The position numbers and the translations under genes were made by a program. From Octopus sinensis (lineage: Eukaryota), in contig NC_043009.1 in the NCBI RefSeq assembly GCF_006345805.1, forward strand, positions 67,332,001 to 67,396,000: DNA of 64,000 nucleotides, read 5' to 3'. Of the stretch, positions 12,760-23,929 are shown piece by piece; positions within the stretch are counted from its first letter, which is position 1; each line of letters opens with the position of its first letter. Below the pieces are notes generated by a model. That model was not told the origin of the DNA. It was given only the letters and a program-made list of their open reading frames with translations, and did no database searches.

Positions 12760-13980
12760 TATGAATACAAGAAAACGTAGTGTGTATACGGAACAAGAGG
12801 ATTCTGAACCAGAAGTTGGCGATCCATCATGAATTGCTTCAACAGTAGGGGCATTGTATGAAGCATTTGGTTTTAAATCGGTATCATCATTACCGGGAAA
12901 AGCTAAATGTGAAAGTACTCAAATGGAAGACTTTGACGAAGCAGCTAAACAGCAACTAGTGACACTAACCAGTACCATATTGCAAAAAGTATGCTCTATC
13001 ATTAGTCTGGATGATGCTGGAGGCCTTATAAAAGAGGTTGTTAAAAACGAAGGAGAAGGTGTCATTGATGAAGGCAAATTAGCAGAAAATATTGCAGATA
13101 GATACAACCTTAAACTTTGTACTTTTGTACACACTGGTGTACAAGATAGTAAAGGCAGTATCGACGCTTATTTTGCCACAGCTATGAGGCATTGTAATAT
13201 GGGTTCAGAGGTTTTAACTCCAGTTGAATTAGTTGATGCTTGAAATGCTAATGGCAGTGTAAGTAATACAGTGGCAGAATTGGTTGGTATTAATAGGCCT
13301 GCTGTTGAACAGTTTGAACAGGAAAACTTGGTGATAATTGGAAAATTACAAAACATAAGTGATCATATGGAAGTACAGTTTGATTTGACAAGAAATTCCG
13401 CTTCAGTTTATATCCCATTCATGAAGCGATCCAGCATAATAATGAGTGTTGTGGATTTGAAACCGGATGGGCAAGAACAAGAAAGCACGGTAATAAGTAT
13501 GGTCGAAAGTATGTGGATCCATTTAAACAAGAGATTATCAATATGTTTAATTTGGGTAATGAAAACGAAGCTATGAAACGAGGTCCAGGTAAAATGTTAG
13601 GGGAACTTAAACGTAAACATCCTGGGCGTTTGGATTTACCATCATCATCATCATCATCATCGTTTAGCCAGAAGGCTTCATCAGGCCCAGTCAAATCGGA
13701 AACAGAAATTCGAACTGTTATTTCATCCTTGATAGCAAAGAAAAGAAAGGGACAATCAACATTGTATGATGCCAGCCGTGGAACCCATGAACCATTCAAG
13801 TCAACAGCGCTGGAAATATTTCAGGAAGATCCTAATATTACACCACGCAGGGCATGGGAATTGTTCCAACAAAGACATCCTCCACACAAGAATATATCCA
13901 CATATCCAACTGACGCAAAGATAAAGAGCAAAATATCTTCTTTAAAGGTTATGTATAGGAAAACAAGTGAAATACCTTAG
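12760..13980 (+). pseudogene. Degenerate long reading frame, probably a DNA-transposon (possibly Sola3-like) transposase relic
   Basis: About 400 codons broken by in-frame TGAs (12828-12830, 13241-13243) and a frameshift near 13440-13510; protein-like motifs SKGSIDAYFATAMRH and GPGKMLGELKRKHPGRLDLP..SETEIR. Family assignment is inference. Confidence 0.45.
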
Positions 13981-14459
13981 GGATTTAAAGAAAGCATTGT
14001 CATTTTTCAAAAAATTGACAATTTCGAGAAAAAGTATTTTCGAAAATAATATAAATATGCGACACAAAATATATAATATTGCAGCTATAATCACGATTTT
14101 ACTGAGTTTTGGTAGTTTGGGTCTTTACAAAACTGGGTCAAACTTCCAAACTCTGAGACGTTAGATTTGCGCTCATAAAAACTTAAACAAGTGGAAGAAT
14201 TATCTCCCTTAGATTTATAAAAATTTTTTTCGTCTTTAAGATAAAGGAAAAGGGTGTGCCCTTATTCTAGTCTTTTTTTAGGGTGAAGGGGAGAGAAATA
14301 AATGGGTGAAACTAATAATTAACGCTCAGTTGGAATTATTAAATATTAGTGCTTACTCATGGTGGATGTATTGAGAGAATCAGCTGAGTAACGGACAAAA
14401 TGCCTTGCAGTAGTTATGGTCCAACATCAAATCCCATCAAATGTTGATTTTGCATTAAT

Positions 14460-15040
14460 CACCATCATCATCATCGATTAACGTCTGCTTTCCATGCTGG
14501 CATGGGTTGGACGGTTTGACTGAAGTCTGGCAAGCCAGAAGGCTGTTCCAGGCTCCAGTCTGATCTGGCAATGTTTCTACAGCTGGACGCCCTTCCTAAC
14601 GCCAACCACTCCAAGAGTGTAGTGGGTGCTTTTTACGTGCCACTGGCACAGGAGCCAGTCAGGCGACACTGGCATTGGCCACGTTTGGATAGTGCTTTTT
14701 ATGTGCCACTGGCACGAGAGCCAGTCAGCGGGCACTGGTCACAGCTACGATTTTGGTTTTACTTGACTCAACAGGTCTTAAGCATATCATATCGCCTGAC
14801 GCATCAAGGGTACTATTAAATGGGCCGAACATGTAAGACTGGCAACTTTAGTTGCCAGGTCTTCTCAATCACAGCATATCTCCAAAGGTCTCGGTCTCAT
14901 GTCATTGCCTCTGTGAGGCCCAACGTTTGAAGGTCATGCTTCACTACCTCATCACATCTTCCTGGGTCTACTTCTTCCACAGGTTCCTTCCACAGTTAGA
15001 GACCCAAGGACCATCAATTCTATGTCCATGGTTCCTGTTG
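14460..15040 (-). mobile_element. RTE 3'-end copy (reverse)
   Basis: (cat)n-cgattaacgtctgctttccatgc start. Same tail at 24600-25045, 26780-27065, 28730-28960, 36900-37165, 37840-38100, 41960-42630 and 51200-51650. Confidence 0.8.
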
Positions 15041-15620
15041 TTTTGTACATCTAAGTAATTTTCTTCAAGAAGAGGAGCATCGTCACCATTCAGCATCATC
15101 CCACAATTATATTTCCGTTGACCAGCAAATCTTGCCTCATTAATTACAATAGAGTTGTTGTCTGTTCTAGCCATCTTACCCTGTTGACGATGAGAAGCGA
15201 TGGTTCCACACACCTCTCTGCACATAGACCAGGCATTTACCATACTGGAAGACTTTCTGGTTAGAGTCACTGCTTTATTCATGGGTATCTCCATTACAAC
15301 AAAGAACACCAGAACACTAAGATCTTGCACAAACTCAAATTGCAGTGCAACTTGTTGTTGATGCCTGTGTAATAAAAAAAAAAAAATGGTAACCTTTCCG
15401 AACGCCAAGTTTGACACCCATTTTGAGGATAGTGAAATCTAGGCCAGTATTCTCCACTTCTGTTAGATTTTCATTTTTCTTGCCTGACGCCTACCACATC
15501 AATGACAAGGCTTTGCTTCTTGTGATGTATCCAGAAGATGGTTTTCTAGTAAAAATGCAACTACTGTTTCCTCTGTAAAAATTACACGTCTATAGAAATC
15601 CTTCAACAGCAATGTCATGG
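14990..15620 (-). mobile_element. Merlin / IS1595 (ISXO2)-like DDE transposase relic
   Basis: EETVVAFLLENHLL..CH*CG; AWSMCREVC; VINEARFAGQRKYNCG; HRIDGPWV. Confidence 0.7.
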
Positions 15621-17880
15621 TTAAAATGAACTCAGGTTAAGAAAAGGTAGACCGCATGCTAAAAGTAATTTCACAGCATAGACAGGATACTGCAATGGAC
15701 TGCACACTAAAGTAGCACAAAATGCTTATTTTTGTATATTTCCATTTTATATTTGAAAAGTTTTCTTAGTTTTTGTTTTTTAATTGCAAAGTCTTTGATC
15801 AGATCCTCAAAATTAATCTATAATTAGTAGAGAGATAAGATAGCCTAATTATTATTTTAGCAAGTTTAAGAGGATTCTTTTGTGCCATAAACCAGTTATT
15901 GCACTGCACTCACTGCACTTGCATTTAATTTTGATAATTATTTTGTAAAAAAAAAAAAAAAAAAGAAATTCTTTAGATATGGCACCAATTTAAGAAACCA
16001 CTGCTAAAACTATTTCTCTTCTCCAAGAACATGTAAGTTTTCTTACATCTTGTAAGGAGTTACCATATTCTCCTCAGTGCAGTGAACTGGCAGAAATGTT
16101 TTCTAGCACCAGGTTAAATAAGGTAAAGCAAGCAAATGAGGAAACCTCTACTGGCCACCTAGTCTGTTAGATATAGCAGCTAAATTCTCTCAAGTAATAC
16201 TTTATTGTCTAAAACAAAAGGAGGAACACAAGAGATAATGTAGTCCTAGATAAACGAAAACGATGGAATGGTGAGATCAACTAAATGAGCTGTTCTGAAA
16301 CCAACAAAAACCAGCCTCGCCATCCATATAACGGAAAAAATTTTGAAATTATTCCGCACCCTCAGTGTCTTCATTAATAAAAAGACGAAATAGTCCTTCA
16401 TTAAGGCGTTGCAACATGGCAACCCATCCGTCCCCTTTTCGTTCCTCATATCCTCCATAAGGAAGCTTGCCTCTTCTCCTATTGTGAAAACCACCAAACA
16501 CCTGCCATGAGTTCGATAAGTAAATTAAAAAGTAACCTTGGTAACCTAAGAGAAATCAATGATAGCGTCGAGTTATTCATTTAAAGGGAGATAACCTATA
16601 AAATTGAATCTGCCACGATGACGTTAATTGAATTGACCTGGCCAGCCAAGACACCGCCCCATCCCGCCACCACATTGTTCTACATTTTTTTGGTTTGCAT
16701 AAATGAAGTCGGAGTAATTATTTACGGAGCTGTGTGTTCTTCTTATACTCTCTCTTGAATTAAGAGTACGACTGTATTTTATTCAGAAGCCAGTATGGCT
16801 CTGTGCTTAAAGAATTTGTTTCCCCAACTACAGGGTTCCTGGTTCAGTCCTCACTATGCGGAACCATGGGCAATGGTCCCTTTCTATAGCGCTGGACTGA
16901 CCAATGCCTTGTGAGAAAATCTGATTGGCAGAAACTGCAGAACCCTGTCGCATGTTTGTGCGTGTGTGTGTGTGTAGGAGTGGCTGTGTGGTAAGAAGGT
17001 TGCTTCCCAACCACATGGTTCTGGGTTCAGTCCCACTGCGTGGCATCTTGGGCAAGTGACTTCTACTATAGCCTCGGGCCGACCAAAGCCTTGCGAGTGG
17101 ATTTGGTAGACAGAAACTGAAAGAAGCCCATCTTATGTGTGTGTGTGTGCGCGCATGTATGTGTTTGTACCCCCACCATTGCTTGACAACCAATGTTGGT
17201 GTGCTTACGTCCCCGTAACTTAGCGGTTCAGCAAAAGAGAGCGATAGAATAAGTACTAGGCTTACAAAGAATAGGTTCTGGGGCCGATTTGTTCGACTAA
17301 AGGTAGTGCTCCAGCATGGCCACAGTCAGATGACTGAAACAAGTAGAAGAATAAAAGAATACATACATACGTATATATACATGTATGTATATATATTCAA
17401 GGGCACTTAGCAGAGTGTAATGGGAGTCTTTTACATGTCATCAGCAATATTCTAAAGTCAAGTTTCACTATTTCTTCCATGGTCTTTCTCTTCTATTTTT
17501 CTTTGAATCATTTGCCACTTCTTCACCCAACTTGCATCCTTCATACACATCACATGACCATACCATTGCAGTCTTCTCTCTTGCACACTGCAACTGATTT
17601 GTCTTGTGCCATTTTTTGTTCACATATGCTAACATAACACACACAGGGGTTCATGCTCACCTAATTTCTTTGCAACCTTTGTGCATATTTGCTGCCCTCA
17701 GTGTCCGTGTTTTGCTACCACGAAAAATCTCATTATTCTTGTATACAAATCAAGGCCATTTCTTGCTGTGTTGGAATATTTCAAACTGTTCACAAACACT
17801 AGTTTTTGTCATGTAATGTTTGGACCTATCAACCTCAGTTCTTTGTTTTTTGTTTTAAAAAATGGTGAAGCCAAACTTAC

Positions 17881-17955
17881 CATCCTATTGCTCCCATTTC
17901 TTTAGCCCTCTCGGAACCTCTTTTAGCTTCTTGGAGAAGTTCAGCAACAGCTAAC
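17881..17955 (-). CDS. POLR1D: POLR1D-isoform-2-like gene, exon 2 (LAVAELLQEAKRGSERAKEMGAIGW)
   Basis: gtcag|G...TG|gtaagt, 75 nt, phase 2/2. Matches the human isoform 2 segment KAIEELLKEAKRGKTRAETMGPMGW (recalled from memory). Confidence 0.92.
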
Positions 17956-19436
17956 CTGACAATTAAAACATACGAAAAGTTAGATACAGTGTGAGCATTC
18001 TGAGATTTGGTGCTAAATAAATTAGAGATTTAAAAACCAAAACGACAAGAAATGGGATTCAAGATATAACATTGGTTGCAAAATATATAGAATTGATTGA
18101 AGAACGTTTGTTGTAATGCTGGGTTATTAATCATTTGGTATAAATTCAAGCCTTACAAACCTCCCAGACATGGTCCTCACACACGGGGACAGTCACCTCA
18201 GCATAAGGCTATGAGGTCAGCTATGTAAAACCTATATAAAGGTCTATATAATATAAACGTATATAAAGCTCTAAAAGACGTTTAATTCATTAAGGGCACA
18301 ATTTGCAGAGATTATTTTACAAAAGAAAATGGGCAATGATTATCAATAGAAATGGAAATTAGTCAAAAGATGTAGACATTCCGTCAATTACACTGTGCAG
18401 CAGGAAATATTGGTATCTGTCATTAAAAGTTGTTAAGGAAGCTAACTGTTGGACAATACAGCGAGTGATTGTAAAGTAAAATTGGCACTTCAACAGCCAA
18501 GCACACTCGTGAGCATCTTTTAATGCCTTATTGTGAGATATCAATGGTAACAGCGACTGAGGATGACTTTAGATAGTCACTCTACCTGATAGATACAACA
18601 GCAAAATGTTCTTTAAATTACATTATTGTATCACAAAAAAGAATTCCACAGAATGTATTCCAAGGTACCGAATACTCAAAAAAGATTGGAAAGCTGTTGA
18701 TCATAGGTATACTCGACCAGGGCTGAACTAGGGTTAAGCAACAACGATGTTAGTATCACCTCCATGACAAGAATCAGACGTTTAACACGCATTAATCTAA
18801 CCCATAAGAGCAGCCAGCTCTACAAAATAACCAAACATTCTGTTTTCTGCTCAAGCAGAGCACGATAGATTTGCTTTTAAAAGGTAGAACGTGTCAGCTG
18901 GGTTCTTCTAAAGCAACACAGTAACATAGTCAAGGTGAATGAAAAACGGTTTTGCTTTTTATTATCATGTTAGGAAAACAACAAGTGGAAATTAAACACA
19001 TTGGATATGAAATGAAGAGGTTTTTGTTTGCTTTACTTCTGTAGAATGGTTACACAAGAAAATGGAGGAAATATAATATATTGCGCCGTAAAACCTCGAA
19101 AAGTTCGAAACTCTTAAGTCTAAGCCATAATTAAACTACAAAAGGAAGACAGTCACGCAATATTACTATAAACCAAGAAAGCTTTAATAACGAAGGACAA
19201 CCCAAAACAACGAAACCCCAAAATGTAAAATATTCAGACAAGAAATGTCTAACAGGTACTCGCTGCCTAATTTTTTTCAAGTGATGGGAACTGAAATTCC
19301 GGACCCGAGGAAAATTTTCTAAATTCTTCCCAGACGCAAATTTTGACATCTCGATCCAGGACATGTCGGTACTAGTCCTGGAAACTACGAACGAATGATA
19401 ACGGTTTAATTACGGATATTTATAAAGTCCACTTAC

Positions 19437-19459
19437 GCATCAAGATCCTCCTCCGCCAT
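19437..19459 (-). CDS. POLR1D: POLR1D-isoform-2-like gene, coding exon 1 (MAEEDLDA)
   Basis: Minus strand aacatcATGGCGGAGGAGGATCTTGATGC|gtaagt in a locally CpG-rich patch; phase 2. Confidence 0.85.
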
Positions 19460-20857
19460 GATGTTACGGCCAGGCGGTGACGCAGGAAAATACGTCCCCT
19501 CCGAAAAGAAACCCCGATTGTTATAGTGCTTTCATCATTTTAAAGCCTTTCCTTTGGTATTTCAGCTTTGTATGTTATGCTTCTTGCAAGAGAAGTGATT
19601 TCAACGGAAAAGTAAAGTTTGTCTTTCTATCAGAGATACTTTACTCTTGTTGTTTAACCCCAGGTCAAACAAAAGATATTGCAACCATCTCTGCTACTTT
19701 TTCTACATTTTCGCAACCATAAAGAAGCAGGGAAACATATATATAGAACCACATTATCTAATATGTTTTTCCTTTTTTAAAGAAACCTGGCAGAATATTC
19801 TAGAATATTCGGATCTTTTCACTTTCACGAGCAGATTTTTAAAATAATTTCTTTGTAACTAAACACTTTTAAACTTCGTATACTGGTAGAATGTGTTACA
19901 TAAAACATCTTTTTCTCTTGGCTTTCTTGAGAAAATTCTGTAGTTTGTAAGCTATTTGTTGTTTAATTTCTTGCATTTCGGCAATTTCAACCAATCAATG
20001 ACGTCTATTGAGGTGAATACAATTTCTGCGGTTCTTTGTCAGCAACAATTATTTGCGGTGTCATATCAGTTTATTATGGCTAAAGAAAGAAATAGCAAAA
20101 AATATTTGAAAATTGGGGTGGGGGTGAAATTTCCGAAGATTCCACCTCACCCCGTTTTCCAGACCCAAAAAGGGGTTTTGTAGTATATTAGGTCACTGGA
20201 ATTCAATCAACGAAAAAAAAAATTTCCAATGATTCCGGGAAATGGCGGGGGAGAGGGGTCCGGTTTCCCACACACCCCTTTTTTCCCCGAACAAAAATAA
20301 GGGGTTTGCAGCATATTATGAGGTCAGGGTACTTGATTCCATGCAAAAAAAAAGAGATTGTTCTTTTTTTTTGTTTAGTAAAAATCGTGCTGGGAAAAAA
20401 GATCAATGGGGGGGGGGTTAAATTTCCGAGGCTTCCCCCTCAACCCACATAGTTTTCCAGAACTAAAAATGGATTTTGTAACATATTATGCGGTCACCGG
20501 AATTCATTGAACAAAAAAAAAAAAAATTCCAATGATTCCGGAATATGGGGTCTGCCGCCCCTCGTTTTTTTTACCGAACAAAAACTGAGTTTGCAGCATA
20601 TTAGGAGGTCAGGGTACTTGGTTCCAAGCTAAAAATCCGAGTTTTTTTGGGTTTTTTTTCTTAGTGAAAATCGTGCGGGTGAGAGGATCAAAATTTACCC
20701 ATTTTTATTTCTTAGGGTGTGGCATAACATAAAGAGGACGGTCAGCTGACAAAATCACAGAAACGTCGATGTGTATTTCAGCATTTTGTGCTCTGAATTC
20801 AAATGTTGTCGAGTTCATTCTTCCGTACTTGATTAAATAAAGTACTTGTCGAGACTG

Positions 20858-20896
<39 letters not shown>

Positions 20897-21604
20897 CGTT
20901 TTTTCACACTGTATATAAGAAGCGAGTTTGTACCCTAAATGTCCCTTGTCTGTGCTTGTAATGTCCCCTCTGTGTAAACCTTTTATAGGTTAATAAAGAA
21001 ATATCTCTTTCTCTCTAAAGCAAAGTCTTCAGTGTGAGTGTGTGGTTTTGGGGGTCGACCGCATCCTCCGCTTCATTTTGTGTTAATCACTCATTCTCAT
21101 TTAATTGTATATATTTTAATTGTTTGTTCATTCATACGTTTCGTCTCATTCGATACCCTGACCCCCAACGTTTGTTTTGTCTGTCCCCGTATCGTCCCCT
21201 CTTTTTCTCAACCTTATGCTGAATAAAGAAATTCTCTCTCTCTATCAGAATTGAATGCATTTCTCTGGGAAAAGGACCTTAAGAACCATATGGAAGAGTG
21301 TGATTGCCGGGGCTTTAGCAGAGTCTGGCGTATGAGGATATTATCTGATTGCTGACACAATTTCGCCGCTTTTCTTTTGTGTTAGTAACGTCTGATCTTC
21401 TCTTATCGTTTGAACTTTGACATAATTTACAGGGGATTTATTTAAACAGGGCAACAAAACACCGCCGACACCGGTTTGTGATTAGCTTAAACAAATATCG
21501 ATGTTTACATCGAGGAGTTGAGAGATCCTAAAGCACCGACCGTTGGCTCTGATCTGGGACAGGACACCAACAGCAAGTGCTTCCGACGGTTTGACCATAT
21601 CAAG
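19460..21604. promoter_or_regulatory. Putative bidirectional promoter/5' region between the divergent POLR1D-iso2-like and ILVBL genes
   Basis: Divergent ATGs 2.1 kb apart; CpG-enriched patches at about 19380-19520 and 21460-21600. Confidence 0.55.
19810..20075 (+). repeat. Dispersed repeat family beginning GGATCTTTT
   Basis: Near-identical reverse copies at about 57960-58252 and 60010-60215; class not determinable. Confidence 0.7.
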
Positions 21605-21718
21605 ATGGATCAGTACTTCAGTGGTTACCACCTGTTGACATTGGGGCTGTCCACACTCGCCTTTGGTTCTCTGTTCGGCCTGAAGCGGTTGGGGTTGCTT
21701 TATCAATGGAGACATAAG
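21605..21718 (+). CDS. ILVBL: ILVBL coding exon 1 ([38 protein letters not shown])
   Basis: ATG at 21605, donor GT at 21719, phase 0; membrane-anchor-like segment. Confidence 0.9.
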
Positions 21719-23892
21719 GTATGATATTCGTGTTTGTTTTCTCATTTGTTTGGCTTCTCCATGGTCTCACACAAAGGTCCTGAAAGATTGACAGCTAGCG
21801 AGATAGATAGATCGATCGATCGATAGATAGATTGATAAATAGATCGATCGATAGATAGACAGACAGATAAAGAGAAAACTATGAATTCTGCTCTACAGTA
21901 CACGAGATATTTCATAATGCCGATGTTTCACAGCTTCTCATAGCCAACACAACTGTCCATAGTTATTAGAAGTAGAGAAATTGGTTGCGGAAGTGAGATG
22001 AACAAAGATTAATTTAGAATGCTAAAAACAAGGACACAATGAAAAATGGGCGTTGAATTGACATAACCGTAATTGGGTCGGACAAAAGGCTGACAGCAGT
22101 TAGTTATGGTCGGTTTGTTATTTCTAAAAACCATCTTCAATGTGAATGGATAAAAGAAGACAAATTGACCAAATCCGAGTTGGTCATGGGCGGGTACGTG
22201 GAGGGGAGTAACACTTTTAAAAAAATAAATATGTAAATGCTTTATTTTTCAGCAGTTAATTATAAAACTGCTTAAAGAACTCACAATTTACAAAAGTAAA
22301 TTAACATTAACAATAAAAACGAGTAAAAACTATAAATATAATAAAGTCTATAAATTAAAAAAAAGTAATTCGTGTACACTCCCTCAATTATACATTATAT
22401 TAATTCTTTTGTTGGAATATAATACGTATGTATGTGATACATATATAATGCGAAGCCACATTAGTAATACAAACCTGAAACCAGGAGAAAAAACCCCAAG
22501 CACTCATGGGGCAATAGATAAACCCCAAGCACTCATAACAATACTGAGTGAATCACGAGATTAAAGTCTCTTATGAGCATCACTGATACTCAGGAAAAAG
22601 AATATACGTGGCTGTGTGGTGAGAAGTTTGCTTGCCAATCACATGGTTCCGGGTTCAGTCCCACTGCGTAGCACCTTTGGCAAGTGTCTTCTACTAGGGC
22701 CTTGGACCAACCAAAGCCTTGTGGGTGGATTTGGTAGATGGAAACTGAAAGAAGCCATCGTATGTATGGGTGTACTCCCACCACTGGCAATCAGGATTAG
22801 TGTTTTGGTAAAAGAGAACGCGAGAATAAATACCAGGTTTTAAAAAAAGAAATACTGGGGTTGATTTCTTTGGCTAAAAAAATTCACCAAGTTGATGCTC
22901 CAGCATGGCTACAATCTAATGACTGAAATAAGATAAAAGATAATTAATTGCATCATTAATATACCCAGTATATTTCAGTTTTAATTGTGAATCCACATAG
23001 GAACCCACAAATCAAATGTGAATCATTTTTATTTGATACTTCACCTGTCCTCCTCATTCACCTCTATGTCTCACTCTTACGCATTACAACTCATAGACAT
23101 GCTTCATAACTATCATCCATTTATATTCCGTGCCAGCCCCGACAGAGCAAACATAAGACCAAAGGCTATCTCATCTTTTATTCAGACATAGTATATCTAA
23201 GACAACTACGGCCAATGTGATTTGAGGGAGACTTAGCTACTGTTTTAAACTAGTTGAGTAACCATGTAGAGGTTTATACTTTGGCTCATGAAACCCTTGT
23301 TGCCAACAGAGATAACAAAAACCTGAACTACTACTTTGCTCACCTTTGCTATTAATCTTTTATTATGGCCTCTTCAAGCATTAATCAGGTTATCTAATGA
23401 TCAGAAATGAATCACTACTTCTAGCAACCCATACATGCAACATTATGAAGAAGTGGAGTTGAGCACCAACTCTATGGATTCCCAGGTGACACTAAGAAGC
23501 TAAAATTAGTAACTATTTACCGCTTACTGACAGTAACAATGTTTAACCCTTTTGTTACTGTATTTATTTTGAGATGCTCTGTGTTCCTTTCAATTAATTT
23601 TAAATCTAACAAAAGATTTAGTAAAATAATTTAGTTATCTATAAGCTAGTGGAACATAAATTGTGATTAAGGTTTGGTGGAAGATTTTAATTCAAAACTT
23701 ATGAAAACAAGACATTTGTACTACAGGGCCAGAGGAGGTTTCAGCCGGGTTGGTAACGAAAGGGTTAAAGAATTTAGGTGAATAGACTTTACTCTCTCAG
23801 TTCTGCTTATCAGGTAATCCCTTTGAGTTTTCTTTAACACTGTTCCTTCTCAGTACAAGTGTCCTCATAGAAAGTGCTTTTTTTTCTATTCA

Positions 23893-23929
<37 letters not shown>

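Noticed and set aside
18170-18660. RPAC2 exon candidates in intron 1 (EDH and FCG codon matches on minus)
   Set aside because: The continuations (EDHVWEV, FCGILFC) do not follow RPAC2 motifs and hit stops
21125-21165. Third hammerhead (minus strand cgaatgagacgaaacgta)
   Set aside because: The core is not CUGANGA and there is no room for stem II or a credible stem I
21518-21604. N-terminal extension of ILVBL from the ORF track
   Set aside because: It starts at TTG; ATG 21605 gives a 625-aa protein matching family length with the hydrophobic anchor at the N-terminus
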